In this document: positions 34,474-48,501 of the stretch, piece after piece | Numbering within the stretch: position 1 is the first letter of the stretch | How the letters are laid out: every line of letters starts with the position of its first letter | Assembly (NCBI RefSeq): GCF_009914755.1 | Contig: NC_060947.1 | DNA: 64,000 nt | Direction: 5' to 3' (one strand) | DNA from: the human T2T-CHM13v2.0 reference genome, Homo sapiens | Notes under the pieces: model-generated | The model's database searches: none | What the model was told of the DNA's origin: nothing | The model's input: only the letters and a program-made list of their open reading frames with translations | Translations under genes and position numbers: made by a program

Positions 34474-36655
34474 ATCCCTAGGAATTGCCTATCATAGACA
34501 AGTTTACTAACATTCCTGTAGCTGTCAGTTTGATTCCTGTGAGTAGGGCTCAGGGATTTATCTTGTTACCAATGTGTCTGAAGGCCAAAATATATATCCA
34601 GAAGCACAATGCATCATTCCTTTGTTGTTGATAATGGGCTTTGTTAGCACTTTTTAAAACAAACAAACAAACAAAACAAAAAAGCAAACCACATTTGTTA
34701 TCTCAAATTTTGATGATATTCTCAAATACAAATATACTTTTTTATATTTCACAATATATGCAATATCAGGGGAATATGCTAAATGTTACCACCAGAGGGC
34801 ACAAGCATATCACTTTTAGTAAGGAAATTACTAGCTTGTGTTGCTATTTACATATGAATTACTGATTATTTTGAAAAGACGGTGTTATGCTTGGGTGTTA
34901 GTGAGGCTGATATGTCATGTCAATCGATAAACCCTACTTTCCAAATTATCTAAAAGATTACCATTTGGGGCCCTTGTTTTCAAGTTATCTAACTGAAATA
35001 TTATTAATTTTTTTAAGTTAATCTCATTCAGTCTTCTAGTAATAAATGCTTTTTTAAGTACCTTCTACAGTCTTCCTACCTGAGGGGTTCAGAGGCTGCT
35101 GACTCACACTGCTAACTCTGTTACTGACAAAAGCAAATCAATAACTCTAAATTCTGGGCTGATATAAAGAAAAAAACAATATTGGATTTGGATTTAATCT
35201 GGGTAAAATCAGCCTTCTGAGAAGGGCTAAGAAACAGTTCAATTAACTGTATAGGTCTTTCATTAGACCGAGACATCACTAGAAATTCTGGGCACTGCTG
35301 TTTGTGGTATTTGTCTCAGAGTAGCTTATGACTGTTTTGGTTCTAGCTTTAGATTTTGGATTTTCACCAGTCATGTGTTAATTTACATTAGATAGTAAAG
35401 AATGGCTACACTAAGACTGAATTATCTTATTAGTCTGGCAAGCATATAAAGTATACTTGTATGTAATGATTGCCAAGGTAACAGAATTGCTGACATCTGT
35501 CTAAAAAGTTTTGACTATCCAATTTAGATGTGTAATTTCTATATACTTTATGCTGTTTATATTTCAGTCATTACACCAAGTCCATTTAGAGATAATGGGC
35601 TTTGTTAGCACTTTCAAAAAAAAAAAAAGCAAACCATACTTGTCCACTGTCCTGTGCTATTCCTACCAAGGACAATTTATTAATCAATTGACTTAGAAAA
35701 TAGGGGGAGAAATCATTCATTGGAGCTTCTTTCTTTAGAAAAGACTTTGGTTATAAGCCTTTTGACTTTTCTAGATGTGAAACCATGAAAGGGCAGACCT
35801 CCTTCAGAGTGACTCAAGAGGTCTCCCTTTCTTGGAGGGAGTTGGTACAGTCAGCCTTTGGGAAGAATCCACTGTGAACAAAGCTTAACACATGGGGCTT
35901 CATCGCTCATAGAATATGTTATTTTCAAAGAAGTTCAAGAATTTTCAAGTTGAGCCTTTGAAAATCCCATAAATTGGTTTTAGCTAAACACTTACTAGTA
36001 GTGTCTTTAAATTATTTAATCAACCTTGTCTTTTCAAGGAAATTACCACTTAAAGAGATAGTTGGTAAATAAACATCTATGCCTTTTCTCAGAAATGATT
36101 TGCTGAACTATGTCCATATTTTACAGCTTAGATAATAGTTTATATGGAAACTATTATACATCTGCTATTGTGCAATGATTGTTAAATTATACTGAAGTAG
36201 CTCTAGAAAGACACATGTATACAAGGCACTATTGTACACACTTTGCTGAATATTTTGTCAGTTGTATTTACAAAGAAAGGTACTTTCTTAAGAGCATATA
36301 TGTTATTAATATTTGATATGATTTTAAAGTCAGAATAGTACAGATTGCTGAGTATTATACTTTAGGCTAGATTAATTAAAATTGAATACTGAAAGAGATT
36401 TTTTGAGTTGCAAAAAGTTTATAAATGCAAAGCAAAAAGAAAACATTTATTTTCTGAGTCTGCAGGAGAAACAAACTAAACATTATAGTTTTATAGCTGC
36501 TATCTTGTTAACCAAACAGGTTGTTCATAATATTAAAAATCTTACGTAGTTGTGTTAAACTGAACCAGTTCATTATACCTTATGCATTAAATTAAATATG
36601 TTATAAGGTGGCTTTACTTGTCTTTATAAAAATAAATATATCTACTAAACATGAA
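34474..36655 (+). other. TBC1D8B: TBC1D8B 3' UTR (~2.2 kb, AU-rich)
   Basis: Sequence after the stop with no recognisable repeat, ending near AATAAA at 36631. The end coordinate is estimated. Confidence 0.75.
36631..36636 (+). terminator. Polyadenylation signal AATAAA (distal, TBC1D8B)
   Basis: Canonical hexamer followed by a T-rich downstream region at ~36660-36750. Confidence 0.7.
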
Positions 36656-36699
36656 AAATGGTTTACTTAAAAAGATTAGTATTATTTATTATGATGTCT

Positions 36700-37078
36700 T
36701 TTTTTCCTTTTTCTTTTCTTTTCTTTCTTTTTCTTTTTTTTTTTTTTCTTTATTGAGACAGGTCTCAATCTGTCACCCAGACAGACAGGTCTAATTCTGT
36801 CACCCAGATTGGAGTGCAGTACAGCCTTGATCTTCCAGGCTCATGCAATCCTCATGTCTCAGCCTCCCAAGTAGCTGAGACCACAGATACACACCACCAT
36901 GCCTGGCTTATTTATTTATTTATTTATTTATTTATTCATTCATTCATTTATTTATTTATTGGTAGAGATGTGGTCTCCCTATGTAGCCCAGGCTGTTCTC
37001 AAATTCCTAGGCTCAAGCAATCCTACCACCCCAGCCTCCCAAAATGTGGATTACAGGTGTGAGTCACCATGTTCAGGC
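36700..37078 (-). mobile_element. AluJ-like element with internal duplication and (ATTT)n middle
   Basis: Diverged dimer; 'gacaggtct..tctgtcacccaga' occurs twice. Confidence 0.9.
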
Positions 37079-37169
37079 TTTTTTTTTTTCTTTTTCTAAA
37101 TTTCAGTTCACACAGAACTATGATGTATTTTTACTTGCACTTCACTCAGATATCACTTGAGGACTTCCC

Positions 37170-38270
37170 TCTTGTATCAGAATTCAATTGCAGAGAGCTA
37201 ATTCACTCTAGTTAGTTTAATCAGGAAAAGATTTATTACTAGATATCAAGTGGCTTACATAATTATCAGGAGGATGGACTAAACTGAGCTTTGAAGAACA
37301 ACTTCCAAAGGCACACCACTATCAGGCCACCAAGGGAATTGCTAACTCTTCAGTGTTAAGGACACTGCTACTTCCTACTGCTGTCATAAAAAGCCATCAC
37401 TACTGCTGCTACCTCAGAAACCATGCTTCAACTGCTGTGACTTACACTAGCAAAATAGATGGCAGGCACCCTGCCTCTCATCACCCACAAACTGATGACT
37501 AAATTGCAATAGAACAGCCAAACATCTTCACAACTATGTTTACCAGCAGAAATGGCAGAAACATAGCCAACACCTCACTTCTGTCATTCAAATCTCACAT
37601 GTGTGCATCTGATTGGCCTCTAATAAATCCAGAATCCTAGTTGCAGAGGAATCTGGGAAATTTACTTTTAGCTTTTTAGCCTCTACAGTATAGAAAGGCA
37701 AACTAAGAGGGTGGAAAGCAAATTGAACAGTGTGTTTGTTTTCTATTGTTGCATAGCTAATTCCATCACACATTTATTATCTCACCATTTCAGTGGGTCA
37801 AGACTCTGGGCTCAACTTAGGTCGATCTTCTGCTTAGAGGATCTCACAAGGCTGCAACCAAAGTGTCAGCCAGGATGGTTCTCATGTAAAGGATCATCTA
37901 AGGAATAATCCACTTCCAGGTTCACTCAGGCTTTGGCAGAATTCATTTCCTTATGGTTTCCAGTCTGGGATGCCAGCTTCTTGCTGGTAGTCACTTGGCA
38001 GCCACCCTCAGCTTCTAGAGGCTTCAGTCAGTTCCTAACAGCTGCCCTCACCTTCTGTGGACAGTTCTTTGCCACATCAGCTTTCCCCAAAATGGCCACT
38101 TACTTTATCAAGGCAGCAAGAAGTCTCTAGAGCAAATCTGCTAGAAAGACAGTGTCTTATATAATGTAACATAATTACAGCCATGACATCCCATCCCTTT
38201 CACCATGTTCTGTTGGTTAAAGGCAAATCACAGGTCCTGCGCACACTCAAGGCGAGAAGAGTAACAGTGA
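37170..38270. mobile_element. Old MaLR (MLT1-type) LTR fragments
   Basis: MLT1-like text ('tgtgtttgttttctattgttgcatag', 'catttattatctcac', 'aaatcacaggtcctgcgcacactcaagg'). Confidence 0.6.
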
Positions 38271-39596
38271 TGCATGTGACGCTGGGGCCCTGTAGCTCCG
38301 GATCCCTAAAGGCAAGGCAAATTATTCCGGTAACTACATTCATAGGCATATAATCATCAAAAGAAGCACATTTATCCTATCTCACGTTATGCTGCAGTTT
38401 CCATTTCTGTCTTCAGAACTACATATTTCTCCCATTGCAGAAGCATCAAGCAATGTATTTCCTAGCTTCTAATTCTGCTTGTCTTCCTTTTGCAGGTAAT
38501 GCCATTTCTTTATGACTACTTTTAAGATCTTGATCTTTCAGTGTTCTACAGTTTCCTATGATCTATCCAGCTTTTAAAAAATCCTGTTTGAGATAAATTA
38601 TTAAATTTTGATAATTGACTATCATTTTCTAAGACCTCTTTACCTTTGGCAGAGTCCAAACAGACAAGTTAAAGGAGGGTAGGATAGAAATCACCCCCAC
38701 CTCCCATACACACGCATGTTCTTCAAATCTTTGGTACACACTCATCTCTGTGGTTTCCCTAGGGATGTGTTATTGACAGACCCAACTAATTCTACTTGGC
38801 CCTTTCTACCATAAAAAGTTCTTACTACACTGGTCAGGGAGCAAATGTGGTATATCTGTCAGTTGCTGATTGTGGCTATTTCAAGTTATACATTCATGAA
38901 CTGAGAAATAGCTATACAATATATTTGCAAACACACTAGATCCATTGTAGATGGATTCAAGATAAAACTGTATCTCTTGACTCCATAAGCCCTGCCTCTG
39001 ACCACTAGATGACCATTGTGTTCTAACCCCCTCTAATCTCTCCCAGGAATGAATGTGAACTCAGAGTCAGTGTCAAATAATCTCTGAAAGTCCAAGTCAT
39101 TTGCCCAGTGCAAATTACCCTGGTAAATGGCCACAGGTTCCTCTTCCTAAAAGAAGATTTACAACACATGCTCATGGTATTGCAAAATCCTTCCTCACGG
39201 GTACCTGGTTTTCCTTCAGGAGCCTCTGAATGTGCAAACTGACTCAGGTCTGCAAATTGGGTGAAAGACCTTAAATCTGCATCATGATTACTCAAATTAG
39301 GTCTTTGTTCACCAGACTGGAAATATTTTGGCTATACAAATCAAGTAGGAATTAGTAGGCTACCATTTATTTTAATCTAAGAGACCTGAAGAAAAATTAG
39401 CCACTACCAAACATCTCTGCAAGTCAAAACATTTAGATGGCTTCCCTGGCCATGCTCCTATCATACTCAACCATGCTCACCCCATCTCTAGTCATTAAGT
39501 TCTCCCACTTGGTCTCTGCCATTCTAGGTTCCCATTATTCTCATTGAATTAGCAAGTTCCTGACAATGGCAGCGTGAACTAAGAAATTAAGGAGAC

Positions 39597-41345
39597 CTAC
39601 AAATAATATTGTTAAAATGTTCATACTACCCAAAGTGATCTACAGATTCAATGCAATTTCTATGAAAAAAATGACACTCTTCACAGAAATAGGAAAAAAA
39701 TTCTTAAAATTCATATGTAACCACGAAAGACCACGAATAGCCAAAGTAATCCTGAGCAAAAGGAACAAAGCTCAAGGTGTCATACTACCTGACTTCAAAG
39801 TATACTACAAAGCTACAGTAACCAAAACAGAATGTTACTGACACAAAAACAGGCACATAGACCAATAGAACAGAATAGAGAACACAGAAATAAATTCATG
39901 TATTTATAGCCAACTGATTTTCAACAAAGACACCAAGAACGTACATTGAGGAAAGGACAGTCTTCAATAAATGGTACTGGAAAAACTAGATAGCCACATG
40001 CAGAAGATCGAAACTAGACCTCTATCTCTCACTATATACAAAAGTCGAGTCAAAATGGATTAAAGACTTGAATATAAGCCCAGAAATGATAAAATGACTA
40101 GAGGAAAACATACGGGAAATGTTTCATGACATTGGTTTGGGCAAGGTTTTTTTTTTTTTTTTTTTGATAAGACCTCAAAAGCACAGATGACAAAATTAAA
40201 AATAGACAAATGGGATTGCATCAAATTAAAAAGCTTCTGCATGGGAAAGGAAATAACAGAGTAAGGAGACAACCTACAGACTGGGAGAAAATATTTGCAA
40301 ACTATGCATCTGGCATGGAGCTAATAATCCAGAATATACAAGGAAGTCAAACAACTCAACAGCAAAAAAGAAGCAACTCAATTGAAAAATGTGCAAACCA
40401 CCTGAATAGACATTTCTCAGAAGAAGACATGGCCAACAGATATATGAAAAAATGTTCACCGTTTTCTTCAGGGAAATGCAAATCAAAAGCACAATCAGAT
40501 ATCACCTCACCCCAGTTAGAATGACTGCTATCAAAAAGACAAAAAATAACAAATACTGGTGTGAATGTGGAGAAAGGGGAACACTTACACAGTGTTGGTG
40601 GGAATGTAAATTAGTATAGCCATTATGGAAAACAGTGGGGAGGTCCCTCAATTAAAAATAGAACTACCATATGATCCAGCAATCCCTCTTCTAGGAATAT
40701 ATCCAAAGGAAAGGAAATCAGTACATCTAATAGATATCTGCACTCCAGTGTTTGTTGCAGCACTATTTACATAACCAAGGTACGGAATCAGCCTAAGTAA
40801 TCATCAATGAATGAATGGATTTTTTAATGTGGTATATTTTCACAACAGAATATTATTCATCCATAAAACAGAATGAAGTTTTGTCATTCATGGCAACATG
40901 GATGAACCTAGAAGACATTATGTTAAGTGAAATAAGCCAGACACAGAGAGACACATACTGCATGATCTCACTCATATGTGAAATCTAGAAAAGGTTGATC
41001 TCATAGAAGAAAGTAGAAATCATGGTTACCAGAAGGTTGGAAGGGTAGTGGGGAGGAAGGGATGGAGAGAGATGGGTTAGGGAGTACAAAGTTACAGTTA
41101 GATAGGAAGAAGACGTTCTGGTGTTAGAATAGTAGGGTGACTATGATTAACAATATTATATATTTCAAAATAGCTGGGAGAGAAGATTTTGAATGTCCTC
41201 ACCGCAAAGAAATGATAAATATATGAGGTGATGGATATGCTAAATACCCTGATTTGATCATTGCACAATGTATACATGTATTGAAACATCACACTTCACC
41301 CCATAAATATGTACAATTATTATGTGTCAAAAATTAATTTTAAAA
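39597..41345 (+). mobile_element. 5'-truncated L1MA-type element
   Basis: ORF2-like ORF 39617..39841 and an L1MA-type 3' UTR. TSD AAGAA(A/G)TTAAGGAGAC at 39581 and 41346. Confidence 0.92.
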
Positions 41346-42097
41346 AAGAAGTTAAGGAGACTTAATTTCACCATAAGTCATAGCCTACAAAAGACAGCCA
41401 CTGTAGCATGTTTCAAGGATACTGAGACTCCTCTCATTAAGGTAATTTTCAATGCCTTGAGTAAGAAAGCATCCTCTGGTCCCTGTTGGAAGAGGGACAT
41501 GGTTAAAATGTAGGTGACTGAATCATATAAATGTACTCCAATGTTTCTATCTCCTTAAGTCTTTGGAGTACTTCCTCTTCATCATACCAAGGAATATCTG
41601 CTATATCAACTTTATTTAATATGGGCTACTTTTGAGCCTTGGCTTCCATCAATCAACTGATCAGAGCCACTTCCAATTAGGTAAGCTAGCAATTGAATTT
41701 AGACTCTCTGGTAAATATGTAGATGTTGGTCTATTTGGCCTGATCAAAAATTATTTTTTCCTCTGTAGTATACCATTCTAAGACACATTCCTACACATAT
41801 TCTCCAGATTTCTGTCATTATAAATTAGCAAAATTTTGCAATTCTTATCTCCTTCCAGGTCAGACTTCATATTTGTACTCTTGGAGCATACGCTTATCTG
41901 ACTCTAGTTATAAGTCTGAAAGCAATGAGGAGGGTAGGGGTGCTTTATGAAGAAAGTTGACATTCCCCTAAAAGTAAATTCAGAGCGTTCAAGGAAGGCA
42001 GGACCAGCCTTATGAAACTGGGGCTGCTTCTGTTGGCAAAGCATACTTGTTGGTAAACTACTTAGGTTGTCTGAATCTACCCAAATGTACACATTTC

Positions 42098-42509
42098 TTT
42101 TTTTAAAAAAATTATTATACTTTAAGTTCTGAGATACATGTGCAGAACATGCAATTTTGTTACATAGGTATACATGTGTCATGGTGGATTGCTGCACCCA
42201 TCAACGCGTCATCTACATTAGATATTTCTCCTCATGCTATCCCTCCCCTTGCCCCCACCCCCCGACAGGCCCTCGTGTGTGATGTTCCCCTCCCTGTGCC
42301 CATATGTTCTCATTGTTCAACTCTCACTTATGAGTGAGAACATGCGGTGTTTGGTTTTCTGTTCCTGTGTTAGTTTGCTGAGAATGATGGTTTCCAGCTT
42401 CATCCATGTTCCAGCAAAGGACATGAACGCATTTGTTTTTGTGGCTGCATAGTATTCCATGGTGTATATGTGCCACATTTTCTTTATCCAATCTATCATT
42501 GACGAGCAT
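42098..42509 (-). mobile_element. Truncated L1PA (PA7/8-like) 3' end
   Basis: L1PA 3' UTR. TSD CAAATGT(ACA/CCC)CATTTCT at ~42082 and ~42510. Confidence 0.9.
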
Positions 42510-43022
42510 CAAATGTCCCCATTTCTATTCTTGGGTGGTCTCACTCTATCCTGATAAATATTCTTACTTTCATAAAAATGAACCGGTAAGGCTGTGAGTT
42601 CAATGTATACTATAATTTAATGACCCATTATATCAGACTCTGTGGCCAATTTTCAACTATGTCAGTTCTACATCAACAAGAAATAAGGGAATAGAAACTC
42701 GTAGTTGTCTGTTTCTTGTGCTGACCATGTATATCCCAATGTAGCCATTTTCTTTCTTTAAACTGTAGAGTACAGTTAGAAAAAGTTATCCCACTTCACA
42801 ATTCTTGGGTTCATTATTAGTGCTAAAATAATCTGTAGTGGCAGTTACCTGGTCCATCTAGCCTTGCCTTCAATAGGCACATGTACCACTAACATCCCGT
42901 ATTATAATACTAAAAGAATTATCACTGCTTTCAAACTCAACCAGATTATGTAATAATCTCCAGTTTTCTATTTCCTTGAAATGTTATCACCTGCAAGCAC
43001 TCCAGGTACTACATTCTTTATT

Positions 43023-45700
43023 TATCATCTCAATAGATGCAGAAAAAGCATTTCATAAATTTCAACATCTTTTCATGATGAAAACTCTCAACAAATTAGG
43101 TATAGAAGGAATGTGTCTCAACATAAAAACACATACAACAAACCCACAGCCAACATCATGCTGAACAAGGAAAAGTTGAGAGCTTTTCCTCTAAGAACTG
43201 GAACAGGACAAAGATGCCCACTTTCACCACTCTTATTCAACATAGTACCAGAAGTTCTAGCCAGAACAATAGGCAATAGAAAGAAATAAAGGGCATTCAA
43301 ATTGAAAAGGAGGAAGTCAAATTGTCTTGTTTTCAAATGACATGATCTTATATATAGAAAAAACCTGAAGACTCCACCCAAAAACTCTTAGAACTGATAA
43401 ATTCAATAAATTTGCAGGATACAACATCAACTTACAAAAATCAGCAACATTTTCATACACCAATAATGAACTAGCTGAAAAAGAAATCAAGAAATCAATC
43501 TCATTAACAATAGCTATTAAAAATATAATAGCTAGGAATAAATTTAACAAGGTAAATGAAAGATCTCTATAATGAAAACTATAAAAGACAGATGAAAGAA
43601 ATTAAAGAGAACATAAAAAATGGAAAGACGTCTCATGCTTATGGATTAGAAGAATTAATATTGCTAAAAGGACCGTATTTTACACAAAGTGATCTACAGA
43701 TTCAATGCAATCCCCATCAAAATACCAATGACAGTCTTCACAAAAATAGAAAAAATAATCCCGAAATTTGCATGGGACCAATAAAGACCCTGAATAGCCA
43801 AAGTAATCCTGAGCAAAAACAATAAAGCTGGAGGCATCACACTACCTGACTTCAAAATATACACTACAAAGCTATAGTGGACAAAGCAGCATAGTACTGG
43901 CACAAAAACAGACATGGACCAATGGAACAAAAAAGAGAACACAGAAATAAATTCACACACCTACAGCGGAGTTCACTTTCAACAAAGGTACCAAGAACAT
44001 ACATTGGGGAAAGGATAGTCTCCTCAATTAATGGTGCTGGGAAAACTGGATATCCATATGCAGAAGAATGAAACTAGACCCCTCCCACCATATACAAAAA
44101 TTAACTCAAATGGATTAGAGCCTTAAATGTCAGACACAAAAAATATGAAACTACTATAAGAAAACAGGGAAAACACTTCAGGACTTTGGCCAGTGATTTT
44201 ATGGATAAGACCTCAAAAGCACAAGCAACAAAATCAAAAATAGACCCAATGCGACTATACCAAACTAAAAATCTTCTGCACGGCAAAAGAAATAATCAAC
44301 AAAGTGAAAAGATAGCCTGCAGAATGGGAGAAAATATTTGCAAACTATTCATCCAGCAAGGCATCAATATCCAGAATACACAGGGAACTTAAGCACATCA
44401 ATAACAACAACAACAACAAAACCCTCAAATGATGCAATTTAAAAATGGGCAGATAAGGTGAATAGACATTTCTCAAAATAAGACATACAAAATGGCCAAC
44501 AGATACATGGAAATATGCTCAACATCACTAATCAGGGAAATGCCAATCAAAACCACAGTGAGGTATCATCTTACCCCAGTCCAAATAGCTATTATTAAAA
44601 GGACAAAAAATAACGAATTGCTGGCAAGGGTGTGGAGAAAAAGGGAACTTTTTTTTTGTTTTGAAACAGGGTTTCCGTCTGTTGCCCAGGCTATAGTGCA
44701 GTGGCATGATCACTCACTGCAACCTCTACTTCCCGGGCCCAAGTGATCCTTTCGCCTTGGCCTCCCAAATAGCTGGGGCTATAGGTGCACGCCACCACGC
44801 CCAGCTAATTTTGTATTTTTAGTAGAGACGGGGGTTTCGCCATGTTGCCCAGGCTGATCTTAAACTCCTGGACTCAAGCGACTCGCCTCAGCCTCCCAAA
44901 GTGCTGGGATTACAGGTGTCAGCCACTGTGCCCAGCCAAAAAGGGAACTCTTATATACTGTTGGTGGGAATGTAAATTAATAAATTAGCCAATATGGAAA
45001 TCAGTATTTAGATTCCTCAAAAAAAAAACTAAAAATAGAAAACCATATTATCCAGCGATACCACTACTGGGTTTCTATTCAAAGGAAAGGAAATCAGTAT
45101 GTCCAAGGATATCTGCACTACCATGTTTATTTCAGCACTATTCACAATAGTGAAGATGTGGAATCTACCTAACTGTCCATCAACAGACAAACGGATAAAG
45201 AAAATGTGGTACATATACCCAGTGGAATACTATTCAGCATAAAAAGAATGAAATCCTGTCATTTGTGGCAACATGGATGAGCCTAAAGCATATTATATTA
45301 AGTGAAATGAACCAGGCACAGAAAGTGAAATATTGTATGTTCTCACTCATGTAGAAGCTAAAAATGTTGAGACAGAAATAGAGAACAGTGGTTTCTAGAG
45401 GCTGGAAAGTGTAGGGGGAGGGAAGGATAATAACAGATATTGAAATTATAGCTAGATAGGAGAATAAGTTCTAGTGTTCTATATCACTGTAGACTGACTA
45501 TATTTATAATTTATTGTATATTTTCAAATAACCAGAAGAGATAATTTTAATGTTCTCAGCACATGAGGAAAAATGTGTTTGCAGTGAAGAATACATTAAT
45601 ACCTTGATTTAATCATTACACATTGTATACATGTATCAAAATATCACACTGTATTCCATAAATATGTACAATTATATGTCCATTAAAAATAACATGAAAA
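43023..45700 (+). mobile_element. 5'-truncated L1MA-type element (~2.4 kb excluding nested Alu)
   Basis: Begins at the RT motif [10 protein letters not shown]; fragmented ORF2 and an L1MA 3' end. Confidence 0.9.
44650..44937 (-). mobile_element. AluJ-like element nested in L1
   Basis: TSD AAAAAGGGAACT on both sides. Confidence 0.93.
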
Positions 45701-47445
45701 ACTATATAAATTGAATCTTATGGCTATGATACAACATGCATTTTTTTAGTTGGCTTCTTTCACTCAACATTATGTTTTTGTAATTCATTTATGTGACGTA
45801 TCAGCAGTTCATTCCCTTTTATTGTGTGTGATAATTCATTGTATGGCTATATTGTGGTTTTTAAAATCCATTCTACTGTTGATGGAAATTTGGATTGTTT
45901 CCAGTTTCGTGATATAAAAATAATGTGGCTGTAAGCATTCTTATATTTGTCTTTTGATGCCCATATTTATGCATTTCTTTTGGGTATATATTTAAATATC
46001 TGGAAGTGAAATTGCTACATCAATAGAGTATGTATATGTTCAGCTTTGATAGATGCGGCTAAATAATGTTCCAAGTGGCTGTGCCAATTAATACTCCAAT
46101 CAGTCATAAATAAGAGTTCTGATATCTGTATATCCTCACCAACACTTGGTATCGTCTATCTTTTTTCATCTTAGCCAGTCTGGTGGGTGTAAAATAGTAT
46201 CTCATTGCAGTTTTAATTTGCATTTTTCTAATTATTTTTTAAAGTAAACTTTACTGAAGTATAATTTACACAGAGTTAAGGCACTCATTTAAAGTAAACA
46301 TTTTGACAAAATGTATAATGTATGATTTTTACAAAATGTATACACCCGTGTAACCAACCACACCACAATCAAGATATAGAATATTTCCATCACCCTGAAA
46401 GTTCCCTTGTTCCAGGTCAACCTCCCCTACCCTCATGAGGTTCCAGGTAACCTCTGATCTGCTTTCTGTCATTATAGATTTATCTTTTCTAGAGTTTTAT
46501 AAAAACTGAGTCATACACTAAGTTTTTCTGCCTGCCATTTCTGGCATAATGTTTGTGAGAATCATCCATGCCCATATCAGAAGTTTATTCCTTTTAGTGT
46601 TCCATTAGTATAAATATACCACAATTTGTATATTCATTCACCTTTTGATTGTCATTTGGGTTGTACCCAGTTTTGGGCAATTATGAATAATGTTGTTAGG
46701 AACAGTTGCTTACAAGTCTTTGTGTAAACATATTTTCATTTCTATAGGGTAAATATTCAGGAATGAAAATGTTGGGACATATTTTTTAACTTCCTAGGGA
46801 ACGTCCAAACTGTTTTTTAGATTAATGTACCATTTTGCATTCCTGCCAGCGGTATATGTGAGCTCCAGTTGTTCCACATTCTCACCAGCACTTGGCATTT
46901 TAAAAAGTTTGTCTTTTTAAATTTTGGCCATTCTAGAGGGTATGTAGAGTATTTCATATTGTAGTGTTAATTTGCATTTCACTGATGGCTAATGAAGTCC
47001 AATGTCACTTAATGTACTTATAGATGTTTCTTTTATCATCTTTTGTGAAGTCTGTTAAAATCTTTCACTGATTAAAAATATTTAAATCAATTTTATTGAG
47101 AGATAATGCATAGATAATGAAATTTTACCAATTTTAAACAGTTTGAGGAGTTTGGAAAAAGTATACACTCATACAACTGCCACTCCAATCAAGATATAGA
47201 ACATTTCCATCAGTTTAAAAAGTTCCCTCGGGCCCCTTTGAGGCAATCTCCTCCTTCCACTCCTCACCCTTGGCAACATTGAACTGCTTCCTATCACTGT
47301 AGTTTTGGCTTTTCTATACTTTCATATAAATGGAATCATACAGTATGTAGCATTGTTTTATTTTATAAGATGTTATTTTTATTGTTCATATACTTGTAAA
47401 AATAGCTTTTTTGAGATACAATTTATGTACCACAAAATTCATCCT

Positions 47446-47768
47446 TTTTTGTTTGTTTTTGTTTTTTGTTTGTTTGTTTTTTATTTTTGAGACAGTGTCT
47501 CACTCTCTCACCCAGGCTGGAGTGCAGTGGCATGTTCATGGCTTACTGCAGCCTTGAATTCCTAGGCTTAAGCAACCCTCCTGCCTCAGCCTCCCAAGTA
47601 GCTGGGACTATGGGTGCATGCCACCATGCCCAGCTAATTTTTAAATCTTTTGTATAGATGGGGTCTTGTTCTGTTGCCCTGGCTGGTCTCAAACTCCTGA
47701 CCTCATATGCTCCTCCCGTGTCAGATCCCAAAGTGCTGAGATTACAGATGTTAGCCACTGTGCCCAAT
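47446..47768 (-). mobile_element. AluJ-like element
   Basis: Diverged dimer with a (TTTG)n tail. Confidence 0.9.
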
Positions 47769-48501
47769 GCAAACCCACACACTTTTAAATGTAAAATTCA
47801 ATGATTTTTAAGTAAATTTACAGTTTTACAACCATCACCAAAATCCAAATTTAGAACATTTCCATCACTCCAAAGAGAGCTCCCAATCCTCATTCCCATT
47901 CCTGGCCCAGGTAACCACTAATCTACTGTCTACCTTTTGTAATTTGCTTTTTCTGTACAGTGAATATAAATGGAATCATAAAACATTTGGTCTTTGCATG
48001 TGGCTACGTTTACATATAATGTTTCTGAGGCTATTCCTGTTGTAGCCAAGTATCAGCAGTTAGTTCCTTTTCATTGCTGAGTTGTTTTCCATTTTATGGA
48101 TATATTGCAATCTATATATTCATTCAACAATTGATGAACATTTGGATTGTTTTCATCTTTTTGCTATTATCAATAATGCTGCTGTGAACATTCATGATAT
48201 GTTTTTGTGTGGACATGATTTAATTTCTCTTGGATATATACCTAGGAGTGAGATTGCTGCGTCATGTGGTAACTCTATGTGTAACATTTTAAAGACCTGC
48301 CAAATTGTTTTCCAAAGTGAATGAACCATTTTACATTCCCACCAGCAGTGTATGAGGTTTCCATTTTCTCCACATCCTTGCCAACACTTGTTATTGTCTG
48401 TCTTTTTATGTAACCATCCTAGTAGGTATCTAGTGGTATCTCATTGCAGTTTTAATTTGTATTTCCCCAATGTGAGCATCTTTTTATGTTCTTATTACAT
48501 A

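Larger units (their letters stand above)
38780..43010 (-). mobile_element. ERVL-class internal (gag/pro) remnant, split by two L1 insertions
   Basis: The - strand gives NLWPFTRV and then, after a frameshift, FQRLFDTDSEFTFIPG (39089-39042). This matches the ERVL protease region (LLDTGSELTLIPG). Confidence 0.7.
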
